From the NCBI GenBank assembly GCA_964234715.1, contig OZ174286.1: 64,000 bases of DNA; one strand, 5' to 3'. Source of the stretch: Podarcis melisellensis. Its lineage: Eukaryota. The translations under genes were made by a program, and so were the position numbers. The notes under the pieces were generated by a model that made no database searches, was not told the DNA's origin, and saw only the letters and a program-made list of their open reading frames with translations. Below, piece after piece: positions 51,297 to 64,000 of this stretch (its first letter is position 1; the number at the start of each line of letters is the position of its first letter).

Positions 51297-53261
51297 TTCC
51301 AGAGGATATTTGCACTATGTGGTTGTCTGTACAAGCTCAGGCCAATGATGGTAGTGTCCTGGGATATTTAGTCGTAATGTGGTACTTCTGTGAAGGTCAT
51401 CACTTCCTTCCATCACAATGAGTGATGGACTCAACAAGAAGTTCATATTGCACTATGTACTTTCAAAAATGATTCATGTTAATGGCGCGTCTCGAGGGAT
51501 TGATGCCGAACAGAAGCAACACCGCTAAAGCTTAAAGAATGATTTAGCAATATGGAAGCCTACTGAGCAAGAGCTCATGTAGACAGGGCTGATGGTAAAC
51601 ATCAAAGAATAAATACAACTTGAAGTCATAAAACTGGATAGACAATAAATCTGACAGTTCAGGACCTTTTGGGACGCGAATCATAAAAAATAAAATTACT
51701 TACGCAGGCATTCCTTGATTTTTGCCATACGTCTTTTATAGGGTAGTGAACGAAAGACATTTCCAGAATCCTGACATGTTGGTGCAGCTTAAAGAGGTGA
51801 TTGTGTCAAAAGTATCAAAGGATGCTATTGAGGAAGCATTGCTCTCCCCCATCCTAACTCTGATCGCTTGTCATTATCTGATGTTCACAGGAAATTTATT
51901 TTCAACATTGGCAAATGGAATGTGGTCTTTGCTGTTGTTTAGTTTTCCAGACGCTGTGCTGTAAACGGTGATACAGGAAACGACTGACATTCTTGGGGTG
52001 CATTTCTCTGACACTTGATGGCATTGTAGTCCCAATTTAATACCTGGCACCCGTGAGACTCCGGTCCAATTTAGACTTGCAGAAAATGCAAAGTGGTGCA
52101 CTTCCTTCATGGGCTGTGCCACATGGAAAGGGCTGGGTGATCACATGTTTAAATAGTTCCCTGTGTCAAAATCCTGCTGCAGATGGAAAACTAGCATGTC
52201 GGGAAGAAAGTGAAAACCAGATGTGCTATTCCTAGTATGCCAGTTTTCCACATGTGTGTGGGACAAGGAGGGCATGTGAAGGGCAATCTAAATGAAACAA
52301 ACCACAGTCCTATGGTGTATGTACTATCGGTTTCCATCATATTCGAAGCTGCTTTCTGTCTCAGAAGACTGAAACCTTCTCCTAGTTTACTCCAATATTC
52401 ATTTAGTGCCTCTCTCTATTTATTTCTTAAAAGGCAAATATTCCTGCTAATCAAGACAATGTTCCTGCGAATCAATATAAGTTCTTTTTTATTTATCATT
52501 GGCATTTCCATAACATCCTTTGATTTGAAATGCTACAGACTTGACCTGCTTCCCTCTTATATTCAAAGCATGTGATTTATCAATGATCTAAGGCACCTTT
52601 TTTTTTTTTATTCAGACATCACTGTGTGGACCCTGATTTAATTTCACTAGATTTGCAAACTAATGTATTCATCTATGAGCCTTTAATTGTTTAGGGGTCA
52701 TACAAGCACGTAGTCTATTTTCCTCCTGCTTTGTTCTCTAAAAATAAGACATTATTTTTTTAAGCAGCTCTGAACAAATGAAAATGATGTGAAAGAGAAT
52801 TCAGCAATATAAGATGCTTCACAACAGCTGAAAAGTGTTTCTATTTGTCCAAAGACACAAAAGGTTGATATCCAATCAGCCTTAAATTTCCACACCTCTT
52901 AGAGAAGTCCGAATGGCCATTCTGGACCTTACAACAGAGGTGGGTAACGAGAAGCTTTCGGCCTAATTTAATATGTCCCTTAGCCTAATTTCATAGGACG
53001 GTGGGAGGAACGTGGTGTGTGTGCCAAAACAGATGGAGCAATAGAAAGAAGAGGGAACAAACCCTCTGTAAGAAAGCAAGTGCTCTAGCAAGACTGATCT
53101 GCCTTGGCAACCTGCTTGGATAGAAAAAGCTTCATGGATAAACATTTGCATAAGATCCCAGGTTCATTCCTGGCACCTCCAGGTAGGACTGAGAGGGACT
53201 GTGGCCTGAAACCATGGGAGGTGCTACCACTCTGTGTAGACAATTCTGAACTAGATGGACC

Positions 53262-53495
53262 AAGTTCAAGGAACAAGAAAGGAGATTGCTACTAAACACC
53301 AGGAAAACAACTTTCTGACAGTAAGAGCTGTTTGACAGTAGAACGGTCTTCCTGGGGAGGTTGAGGACTCTCCTTCCTTGGAGGCTTTTAAGCAGAGGTT
53401 GGGTGGTCATCTTTAATGGATACTTTAGCTGAGATTCCTGTATTGCTGGGGTTAGACTAGATGACCGCTGGGGTCCCAACTCTATGATTTTATGA
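53262..53495 (+). mobile_element. CR1 LINE 3' end
   Basis: Same family as 16893-17097; GACTAGATGACC...CTATGATTTTATGA tail. Confidence 0.85.
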
Positions 53496-53584
53496 CCAAT
53501 GGTCAGACTTAGTGCAAGTCAGCTTCCTATGCTCACAGATGGGTCGCACTAGATCCCAATAGAGAGAAGGGAGGTCAGGGAGCG

Positions 53585-53585
<1 letters not shown>

Positions 53586-53625
<40 letters not shown>
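53586..53625. repeat. (TG)n microsatellite
   Basis: Tandem dinucleotide run. Confidence 0.95.
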
Positions 53626-53628
<3 letters not shown>

Positions 53629-53848
53629 CATAAGAGGTTTGGCCTACCATTTTAAATAATAATATTTTTTTTTTCATTTATACCCCTCCCATCTGGCTGG
53701 ATTCCCCAGCCACATTTTTGCGAATTGCTGGCTCTAGTCCACCCCACTACAGCTGCTCCGTGAAAACGTGAGCAGATTGGGTGTGCTGTTTCAACAATAT
53801 GGAGAGGACACCCTATTTTCCCCCTATGCCTAAGCTTAGACTGTAGTC

Positions 53849-54098
53849 CAGGGGTCAGCAACCTTTTTCAGCCGTGGGCCGGTCTACCGTCCCTCAGACC
53901 ATGTGGTGGGCCGGACGATATTTTGAAGGAAAAAAGGAACAAATTCCTATGCCCCACAAATAACCGAGAGATGCATTTTGAATAAAAGCACACATTCTAC
54001 TCATGTAAAAACACACTGATTCCTAGACCGTCCGCGGGCCAGATTGAGAAGGCGATTGGGCCACATCCAGCCCCTGGGCCTTAGTTTGCCTACCCCTG
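53849..54098 (+). mobile_element. hAT (Charlie-like) MITE, intact
   Basis: CAGGGGTCAGC...GCCTACCCCTG; perfect 8-bp TSD CTGTAGTC. Confidence 0.92.
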
Positions 54099-56544
54099 CT
54101 GTAGTCTAACTGCTTGATCAGCTTGTGTTGCATTTGACAGGAACTTGGTATGCAGCAATTAGGAAGTAATAAAGTGTCCCCATGCTACGAAAATCGTCAC
54201 CTACTAATTTCTGCATATCACACTGCTGTTGAAGGCACAATTACAGAAGCCGGAAAGGTCGGAAAATTGGTGACCCTCTGCAGGTGAGCCAATTGAAGTG
54301 AGATCCAGTCAAGACAAGGGACCAGTAGCCTTTCCCCTTTGGCCTTTTATTTTCGTGAAAGGGGAGAAGGAACATCCCTATTTTCAGGGCTGTGCAAATT
54401 CTAGCATGCGCAGTTTAGCACATGCATTCCCATTTTCTGTCCCTAAGATTCAAGAAAACCAACATAGTGGGGTTGGATAGTCACAGAAGCTTAATGCAGG
54501 AGCCAGCCTTGGCCCGGTAATAAGGGTGCATGGATCACCAATAAAGAAATGAAGGCATATGAAGCAAGATACCCTTTCTAGAAACCGAGAGTGACTGAGC
54601 TTAGTCGTGGGCTTTATTGGGATTCATGAAACTTTCCAGTTCATCGGCAGCATCAGATTTCAATTTCGGTAGCTGAAAGAGCAAAAATCGCCAGCCATCA
54701 GATAAATTTAAAAAATGATTCCTACCCGCCCCCCTTCCAGTGGGGCTTGTAGTTTAATTATTTTATTAATGTCAAGCCTTGGATGGGAGAAATCCCGCTT
54801 CAGTAATATTAATCTTCGGTGCCAAGATTCAGTGAATCTTCCGGATAAAATCTTGCTCACTTCTTGGAGAATTTGGTCATGGTATTAAGATGTCGAATCC
54901 AGATATGGCAATTAGCGACCTGAAAGCAACTCCTTAAGACCTTGACCTGTTTCAAATTTTGTCCTTTCAAGCTATCTGATTTGCTGAAAAGACCTTAGAG
55001 GAAACGTCTTAAATTTTTACAAAATGCTGTAAGCAGGAGGCGGTGGAAGGGACACTAGCCTGGCTTCTTATTACTGGGCAATAAATCCTTGTGCAACTAG
55101 ACTCTGTGCAGCTATAACGGGTACACAGATTGGTAGAGCAACTGGAGGGAGGGAGAAGGTGGAACAGCGTCAGACTCATAGAGCCACCATCCTGCAGCTT
55201 ACCTGGACAGGGCAGCACAGTGCTGAGGTTGGCTGCACCTTGGGATTGCAAGATTGGCTCCTCCAGTGTCCAGACAGCCCCCTACCTTGCTACCCCCCTG
55301 CCCCAGCCTAGGCCCATCTAGGGGAGCTGCAATGATGCCAGTGTCAAATGGGTGTCTCCATGCCTCCAACTCACCACACCGCCATTGTCTTTTGCATATT
55401 AATTGGGCAAGTGGGAGCAAAATGAAACCTTCCTGAAAATTTGTGGTAAGGGGCAGAGATATCTCTGAAATGTTTGGGAGCATGTTACAGTTCACTTTAA
55501 TTCACATTTCGAGGTGACCAAGGGTTTTCCTTTTCTTCCTCTTGCTTTTTTCCCTTTTTTTAAAAAAAAAGCTGGCTCCACAATTTCCTGCTGTGTCTTA
55601 GAATGCCTTGGCTTGTGTAATGAGCACCATGAGTATTTGCAGGAGCCAGACCCTGAGCGCTGTGAGGATTTGCAGGGACCAGGCCCTGGCCAGGCTTCCC
55701 TTGGGGGAATTAAGTGTTGGCTGGCAGGCATGGTCAGATGAGGTGATGTGTGGCACCTAGAGGCAAGCTCAGGAGGACTATATAAGGCTGCATGTCAGCT
55801 TTGACTTGCCACAGCAACGTGGTTTCATGCCATGCTGTAGCCAGTTCCAGAGTTCCAGTTATCTTGCATCCTGGCCTTCTCTGGTCCCTGACCTCCATTT
55901 GACTTGTTCTTGACAGTGAACCCACCAGTTGGACTGCTACCAGCACCACTGCTCATACCCCGGTCCCAATGTGTTGGTCCAGAACTCTTGCCGCCCACAC
56001 TCTGGATTGTGACAGCTTGGGAAAACCACTGTAAGTGGGGTGGCCACTGGGAAGTAGCACAAGGCTTCCTCCACATCTTCCCACCAGCTAAACTTCCTGG
56101 CAACACCCAGATCGGCTGCAACCTGCTTCCAAATTGTCAGAGGCCATATGGGTTCATGGAGCAGCTCCATCCATATGTAAGACCCCCCCAAAAAAAAAAC
56201 CGCATTGCTGTTTTCTGTTTGACTTACTGCAGGTCACTGTGGAGTGTCTCTGCCCCGATGTAGATGTTCCTGCTGCCATGTCTGCTACTGTCCCCTATCT
56301 AAGATAAGAACCCTGTGATCACATTATATCCAGAAACAGAACAAAAACCCCAAGGAGAAGGATTCTGTTCAAATTCTAGTTCATCCCTTGAATTAAATGA
56401 GTTTGAGTTACTCAATAATAATCAGGAGCTAAGGCAGAAATGGAGTACCTCTGGTCCATAGGTCAAATGGACTCTGGTGTCCTCTGTAAGTCATACACTA
56501 GGCCACACCCCATTCTCCCTCATCATTTCCATGTACTGCTCATC

Positions 56545-56892
56545 TGTCCCACTGTATATCTGAAGGAGCATCGCCACCCCCATTGTTCAGCCTGGACATT
56601 GAGGTCTACCTCTGAGGACCTTCTGGAGGTTCCCTCCCTGCGAGAAGTGAAGCTACAGGAAACCAGCCAGAGGGACTTCTTGGCAGTGGCACCCTCCCTG
56701 TGGAACACCCTCCCATCAGATGTCAAGGAGATAAAGAATGTCACAACTTTTAGAAGACATCTGAAGGCAGTCATGTATTGGGAAGGTTTTGATGTTTGAC
56801 GTTTTATTATGTTTTTATATGTTCTAGAACCCGCTCAGAGGGGCTGGGGAAACCAAGCCAGATGGGTGGGGCATATATTATTATTATTATTA
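56545..56892 (+). mobile_element. L2-type LINE 3' end
   Basis: Aligns with 49387-49746; (ATT)n tail. Confidence 0.85.
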
Positions 56893-58704
56893 CCTCTATA
56901 ACAGAAGTTAACTAGACATGGTAAAAGGCAACACATTCTGGGTGTGCCTGTGTGTGAACATGTTATGTAGGTGTGTGCGCATACATATGGGCTGTGCATG
57001 TATGTTTTGTCCAGCCCACTTTGAGTTTTTGCCATGCTGGTACGAGGCCCCTGACCACTTTCCCCCAAAGGAAAGGTGGATCTCATTAGCAAAAGGGTTG
57101 CTACCCTAGCCCTCAGGCAAGCTAGAAACAGAAGGAGAGAAAACCTTTTGTGAGCATCTGTATGTGTAACAACCAAGTAAGATTATGGTTAAATAGGCTA
57201 AGCATTCTATATGAGCTAAAGGCTGTGCCTGCTGTGCTGTGCCTTTTCACAGTTCCACAATCTCAGCATTTCAATTTATTGTGCAATAATTAGATACCAT
57301 TGTTGGTTGAAATAAAGGAATCAGAGCCCAGTAATTACTTCACTGTAAAATGTAATGAGTTTTCGAGTACTGGCTTACTGTAAAAATTGCGCCATAATAA
57401 ATAGAATGCAGTTTTCTAACAATAAACTAGCAGTGAATTCTCTTAGTGTATTTCTTCATGAAACATGTTTATGTGATAGTCTTCCAATTTTATGGCTGAA
57501 GTTTATCACTATAAGGTGCATTTCATGACAGCCGAATAACTACATTCAGTTAGACATGTCACCATGTGCCTTCGGTATCAAGACACATGCTGATTGTATC
57601 AAATACTGTTGACTGTCTTAGTGCCGCAAATAGAAAAGATGATTACATTGTTCTTTTTAGATGTGATGTAATATTATTCACATTGCAAGGAAGTAAAGGT
57701 CAAGGTTGTCTAAGGAACACAGGATAGATTGGCTGTTGAAAGCTTGGTAATGTGTTGATAACACACTAATAGACTCAGACCTAGTTTTACATGAATGTTC
57801 CTGTGATTTCTTACACAAGAGGCAGTATTTGGGTATTGGTGAAAACCAACCAGGATACTAACTAGATCTGTGAAAACAGAACAATGCCATAGCAGCCAAT
57901 TAAAATATTCATCGGTCTGCAACACAAACAAGAACAATGTGGGTGAAATTATATAGCCCAGGAATAGGTTGCATAGGAAACCCCTTAAAAACACAAGATG
58001 TGAATGTGCGGGTGTGGGTATGTGGGTGTCTGCACATATGAGTGTTTTTGTATGCAATGTTTGGGAGGAAATAAGATGGCAAATAACAAATAACAAACTA
58101 AATATTGATGTATGTAAATTTTATTTCTTGATTATGTTTGGTGATGGTATGGCTGTATAGTTTTTTGTCACATAAAATCATTCAATAAAAATTATTAAAA
58201 AATAAAAACAAAAACACAAGATGTGGAATCAGGTGAACATCATGAAGTATGATTAATAATAATAATAAATATTGATTCCAAGGAAAACAGGAAATCACAA
58301 AGTTCCCAGTTACTCCTTTTCAGACACCAAACCATGGCAACAAAATAAGAAATACAATTCTTCAGATTAGATTTTAGGAGGAATGAAGCAATGGATAAGG
58401 GTCAGGGGCAGTAGCCAGAATCCTTGCCCACCTGACTTGCATTTTAATTTTCCCACAATGCCCTGGAAAACCTGGCATGGCATAGGCACCATCTATGGGG
58501 GGGCATGTGGGCCCAGGCCCCCAGAAATTTTCAATGAAGGGGCCGGGCTCTTCAAAGTTCTACACGCTGGCATGCCTACACCATGGAGTATGCCAACCGC
58601 ATATGCGCATGCCGCAGTGATGTCAGCAGGCCCCGGGCACCTGTGACATGGCACCCCCCTGAAACATTGCAGGGAAATTTAAAATGGTGGGTACAATGCT
58701 TCCA

Positions 58705-58959
58705 GAAGAAGAAGAAGAGGAGTTTGGATTTGATATCCTGCTTTATCACTACCCAAAGGAGTTTCAAAGCGGCTAACATTCTCCTTTCCCTTCCTCCCCC
58801 ACAACAAACACTCTGTGAGGTGAGTGGGGCTGAGAGACATCAGAGAAGTGTGACTAGCCCAAGGTCACCCAGCAGCTGCATGTGGAGGAGTGGGGACGCG
58901 AACCCGGTTTCCCAGATTACAAGACTACCGCTCTTAACCAGTACACCACACTGGCTCTC
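58705..58959 (-). mobile_element. Squam3-like tRNA SINE
   Basis: Reverse complement of 59012-59259; (CTT)n tail. Confidence 0.88.
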
Positions 58960-59011
58960 TCTCCAGGGGACACCATGTCAGGTTTTCCAGGGCATTGTGG
59001 GAAAATTGAAA

Positions 59012-59259
59012 GAGAGCCAGTGTGGTGTAGTGGTTAAGTGCGGTAGACCTGTAATCTGGTGAACCAGGTTCGCGTCCCTGCTCCTCCAAATGCAGCTGTT
59101 TGGGCTAGTCACCCTTCTCTGAAGTCTCTCAGCCTCACTCACCTCACAGAGTGTTTGTTGTGGGGAGGAAGGGAAGGAGAATGTTAGCCGCTTTGAGACT
59201 CCTTAGGGTAGTGATAAAGCGGAATATCAAATCCAAACTCTTCTTCCTCCTTCTTCTTC
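59012..59259 (+). mobile_element. Squam3-like tRNA SINE
   Basis: GAGAGCCAGTGTGGTGTAGTGGTTAAG A-box; GGTTCG B-box; (CTT)n tail. Confidence 0.88.
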
Positions 59260-59756
59260 AGCGAAGAGAGATCCCTTTCTCCCCATTGGTAAGGGAAAGC
59301 AAGTGAGCTGCTAGAGGAGGAACATAGAGTTCTCTTCCATCTTCTGCAGCTGACCCCATTTCCACGCTGAGAGGAAAGAAGAGAAGACTCTTTCCCCCCA
59401 TCCAGCAAGGAAGCTCCGTCCTCTTCTGTTCTTCACTTCCCACTGCTAAACTTTCAAACAGAGATAGACTAGGCTGTCTGCAAAAGGTAAACGTAGCCAG
59501 TTTGAAGGATGACAGGATAAGGAAGATTGCTTCTTTTGACGAGGGGTTTCATTAAACTGTTGTGGTTTCCCAAAGGAAAGAGAGAGACAGATAGAGAGAG
59601 AGAGAGAGAAATGTGAAGTCGCGTAGCTACTTACCAGAAGCTGAAATGGAAGTAAATTATGAACCTGAAACAGTTTTTGTAGTAAATGATAGAATAGTTC
59701 TCAGATAATTGATTGTGCTAATAAGAAGCTATACATTTCCTGCAACAATACCATTA

Positions 59757-59991
59757 CAGTGGTACCTCGGGTTACATATGCTTCAGGTTACATACGCTTC
59801 AGACTCTGCGAACCCAGAAATAGTACCTCAGGTTAAGAACTTTGCTTCAGCATGAGAACAGAAATTGTGCTCCGGTGGTGCAGCAGCAGCAGGAGGCCCC
59901 ATTAGCTAAAGTGGTGCTTCAGGTTAAGAACAGTTTCAGGTTAAGTACGGACCTGTGGAACGAATTAAGTACTTAACCTGAGGTACCACTG
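59757..59991. mobile_element. Tigger-like MITE, intact
   Basis: TA-CAGTGGTACCTC ... GAGGTACCACTG-TA. Confidence 0.93.
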
Positions 59992-61483
59992 TATGGGACA
60001 TGAAAATAGGTAAGTCCTAGACCTGGCAACCATCTTTCCATGACTCCTTTGTCTTATTTGGATTCATATTCAGTATTTTGACTCTCATCCAGCCCATCAC
60101 TGGCAGTCTTCTACTACCATTTTGACTTTTAATTTGAACAGGACTTCAGTTAGAAGACCTAAAACTCTTCCTTCTTGCAGCACCAAAAGTGAAAATGAGA
60201 CATAAACAACCAAATTTGGTCTGGATATGACAAGACACAACACTGTTCTGCCGAATGAGTGCATTCCACAAAATGGCAGTTCATAGACCCTGTTCCAGGA
60301 TGAAGTCAGGTTGAGAGGTTTTAGAGCAGGAGGAACTAATTTGATAAGTACATTAGGACCTTTTTGCAAAAGAACGAAGAACGTATCTCATCAGCTAGCA
60401 CTGCCCTTGTTCTGTACGCTTCCGTATCTGTGCTATTGAAACCCTGCCTGTTTCAACAAACAGAGAATATGATCTTGGCTTATTCCAGTTTTATTTCCAA
60501 ACAGTTTTTATATTCCATCTCCTCCTAAGGAAATCTGATAGCCAGAACCGGCGAGGCTTTCAAAGGAAACATCCAGCAGGAAATACAAATCTCATTTCTA
60601 GCTCTCAGCGCTAAATTATTGTTATAGGACGTTCACATTTACAGCAGCAAACATTGCATAACAAGGCAACATTCATCTGTCCTTTAGTATTCCGCACATT
60701 CCCACTCTATTGCCTATCTCGCCATACTCCCTGGATCATATAATGTGCAGTCCCGCTTACTGAACACACCTAATATTATTTCCTGAATTTGCTATAACTA
60801 TTCAAATGGAGGGTTGAAAAGACAAATGGCCCTTCATTGTGAAGTCTTAAAACAAAACAAAAGGCACCATATTGCCACTTTAGGGACCCATTTGTTGCCT
60901 GCTGATGCTATTACACATGTCATTTCAGCCCTGCCGTTAGCCATAAACCACATATTTTCCTTTCTTTTTCCCAGGGAGAAATAGGTGCCTGAAGGGAAAC
61001 AAGAATGGAAAGCATCTTTAAAATGACTGATTTACAATTGGCAAGGAGATACAATATGAAAATTATAGCCTTCTTATTGTGAGTGTCACATTCCAAGCTC
61101 ACTCAGGGCTCCTGCATTAAGAGAACCCCACAGGCCATCTGGCTGAATAAGTCTGCATGACGTGAAAGCTTTCTATGTGGCAGAGTTGGGAATAGCATTC
61201 TGTGTTAGTATGTCAAGGAATAAAAAGGGTGGGAGGAGAGAGAAATTCAATCTTAATATATCACATATATCTTCTTTAGACCCTTCTCATAAGTTGGTCA
61301 GAGAGGACCAGTATTCTTCAGTAGTGTGTTCTGTAGCTTACAGAAGACTCAGAAAAGTAAGGCCTTTCCTTCTGTTACCATTGGGACTGGGGACACTGAA
61401 AGCATGAAGCTCAGCAGTAGGTGGGGCCAAAACCAATGATAGGCTGAGCTAGAGCCACTGACAGGCAGAACCAACTAATTCTA

Positions 61484-62333
61484 TTATTTACTTATTTTGT
61501 GAATTTTTTTGTTTTGTTTTACAAATACAAAGTACAAATAAACACAAACTAATAATACATAACTATATATAGAGATTATCCAAATCTTGGGACTTCCCCC
61601 CGCCCTTGGAGTTTAATTATAAACATTGGCAACTGCATATTCACCCGTACTCCTATTTTTATATCAAACCATATTGTCCATAATAATTTTTACACTACAA
61701 GTGAATCAAAATCCTGCTATTGTTTCCATCCAATTACAGTGGTCTCCTAAGTAGCTTACATATTTTTCCCATTTCCCATTCCCAGTTAAAGTTTTTATCC
61801 TCTTGGTTTCTGAGTTTTCCAGTCAGCTTTGCCAACTCGGCATAGTCTATCAGCTTGGTTTGTCATTCTTCTCTGGCAGGAACTTTGTCTTCTTTCCAAC
61901 TCTGGACTAATAACATCCAAGTGGCTACTGTTCCATACACGAGAAGTATTTTCTGCTCCTTTGGTATGTTGGCACCTATAATTCCTATAAAAAAGCTTCT
62001 GGGTTCTTAATAAAAGTTACTTTAAGCATTTTTTCCCCATTTCATTATATATCATCTCCCAAAAAGCTTTTATTACCTAACAAGTCCACCACATATAATA
62101 AAAGGTACCTTCTTTTTCTTTACATTTCCAGCAGATATTTGAACTTGTCTTATACATTTTTGCTAATTTAGTAGGAGTCAAATACCACCAGTACATCGTT
62201 TTTCATATAATTTTCTTTCAATGTACAACATGCTGTAAATTTCAAATCTGATTTCCATAGCCTTTCCCATTCTGTCATCAGAATATTATGTCCCAAATCC
62301 TTTGCCCAGTGTATCATAACCGACTTGACCTGT
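61484..62333 (-). mobile_element. L1 LINE 3' fragment
   Basis: Minus strand [37 protein letters not shown] zinc-knuckle region; 18-bp TSD CAGAACCAACTAATTCTA / CAGAACCGACTAATTCTA. Confidence 0.9.
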
Positions 62334-62673
62334 CAGAACCGACTAATTCTAGTTTCGTGCTCATCCTCCTCTGAAGGCGATACTATGGAGAAAGAAGCTG
62401 AGAGCCAGGATTAGTTATAAGAAGACAGGCAGGTGGGGGCAGATTGAGGTTAGTGGGGCAGTACCCCATTTGCCCAATCAACCAGTCCTCACTTCCTGCC
62501 AGAACACTCAAGAGAACAGTCAGTGTTGGCTCCAGATTTTGGAGGGCCTTTGGGCAAGACATCCTCCATGAGCCTTCCTCCCTCAGTAGGTTTACCTACT
62601 CTCTGCAGCAAGTGTAGGAGGCTTTTGCCAGTGGAACATCTGTTGAGGGGTGAAACTTCAGCAAATGTCCATC

Positions 62674-63259
62674 TTTTGTGGATTGGCTGGATGCAGACAA
62701 GAGGTGGGTGGCACCAGCTTGGGAACCACCAGGGGAAGAAGGCTCAGAGCCAGGGGATTGGCAATGGGATGCCAATGATTGGTCAGAGAGAGAAGAGGAA
62801 GGAGATTGGGAGGAGGAGGTGTGGGAATCTGAAGAGGTAACAGGGTTTAGTGAGCAGGAAGAGGCTGTGGCAGAAGGCAGTCCAGAAACAGTGGCAGAAG
62901 AAGAGGCTGGAGAGGAATGGGGGAAGGCTGTTGAAGAAGCCATGGAGTCTTCCCCTCCTGACCAGATCCCCTTCCCCCTAGTCTCCTAGAATACAGAGAA
63001 GAATGAAGAGGGTGGAGCAAAGAGAGACAAGACGAAGGAGACTCAGGTTGCTGGAGAAGGACCTGGGGGAGGAGTCTTAGAGAGCAGTGGGAAGAAAGGG
63101 ACCTTCAGTCCTAGCAACTGCCTCATTGGGGCAAGACCTACTGATAAGGGTTGCTGTGACCACTAGGACTGAGCTGTTTTGGTTTCTTTGAATAAAGAGT
63201 TAACTTCACTAACACCACGGGGTTTTATTGCTGACCTGCTTCTGATTCAGGCTCTGACA
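62674..63259 (+). mobile_element. Solo LTR (Gypsy-like), older
   Basis: Ends CTGACA; AATAAA ~63191; probable TSD CCATC/CCAAC; 5' TG appears mutated. Confidence 0.7.
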
Positions 63260-63761
63260 CCAACCATATCAATCCTTGTTGCTGGCTCTAACAGCAGGAA
63301 TAAGGTTTACCTCTTTGGGTAAATGTGGAACTCTTTCCTGTGAACCAGGCTAGCAGAGATGATGGAGCAAAAACAGTTTGCCAAGGAAACCATAGGCGTT
63401 TACAGTGTAGACTGAAATGGATTTGGCAAGGATGGGTTTTTTTGGCTTCAAGGAGCCAAATGGTCTCTTTAGGAACCATACCTCATCCCACTGAAGATAG
63501 ATCTAACAGAATACCTGAGTGCACTTTTCAACTCAGCTATGTAACATACTGGGACTGTGTACGCATCATACCTTTAAAGCATATTTGAAGTAAATTATTT
63601 CTCTTAAAGAATTATGGGCGCTGAAGTTTGTTAGGGGTTGCTGGGGATTGTAACTCTGTGAGGAATGAACTACGGTGCCCAGAATTCTTTGCGTGGAAGA
63701 ATGTGCTTTGAATGTGCTTGAAAGGCATAGTGTGTACATAGCCTGGGTGTAATTGTTACTG

Positions 63762-64000
63762 ATTCCATCAACGGTGTCTCCGAAAATTTTTTACACATCA
63801 CTTGGGAAGACAGGTGAACTAATGCCAGTGTACTGGAAGAGGAAAAGATCACCAGTGCCAAAGCGATGATTCTTCAACATCAACTTTGTTGGACTGGTCA
63901 TTTTGGATGCCTGATTATCATCTTCCAAAGCAACTGCTGTACTCTATTCTGAACTTAAAAATGCAAAGTGTAATGCTGGTGGTCAACAAAAGAGGTTTAA
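63762..64000 (+). mobile_element. RTE-clade LINE fragment, runs off the window
   Basis: FHQRCLRK.LHITWEDR.TNASVLEE.KITS..AMILQHQL.WTGH...LPKQLLYS, frameshifted. Confidence 0.85.

Noticed and set aside
59012-59085. tRNA-like A/B boxes here and in the Sauria SINE heads
   Set aside because: SINE heads, not tRNA genes; no intact cloverleaf
1-64000. CRISPR arrays, operons, rRNA genes
   Set aside because: Eukaryotic repeat-rich DNA; no repeat-spacer array or rRNA-like sequence seen

Overview
Vertebrate genomic DNA, almost certainly a squamate reptile and probably a lacertid lizard, judging by the repeats: Sauria SINEs with (ACCTTT)n tails, Squam3-like tRNA SINEs, Bov-B/RTE, CR1, L2 and L1 fragments, hAT and Tc1/Tigger-type MITEs, and solo LTRs. 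The window is almost entirely intronic or intergenic, and no host protein-coding exon can be named. A CpG island at ~20.85-22.13 kb looks like the promoter and first exon of a minus-strand gene. Candidate downstream exons (10253-10325, 2767-2857) look like a uORF-rich multi-exon 5' leader. The strongest unusual signal is an apparently full-length 1927-bp retroposon (42873-44799). It has an L1-type GC-rich 5' end, a single 223-aa ORF with no RT or endonuclease, AATAAA plus poly(A), and a perfect 14-bp TSD. This makes it a HAL1-like, ORF-only L1 parasite, and the internal repeat of its ORF shows a coding-type substitution pattern. A second, more speculative signal is three different solo LTRs that each carry an acidic-then-basic ORF across U3. 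Most ORFs in the supplied track are artefacts of repeats or base composition. Repeat family names come from recall of motifs, not from a database search.
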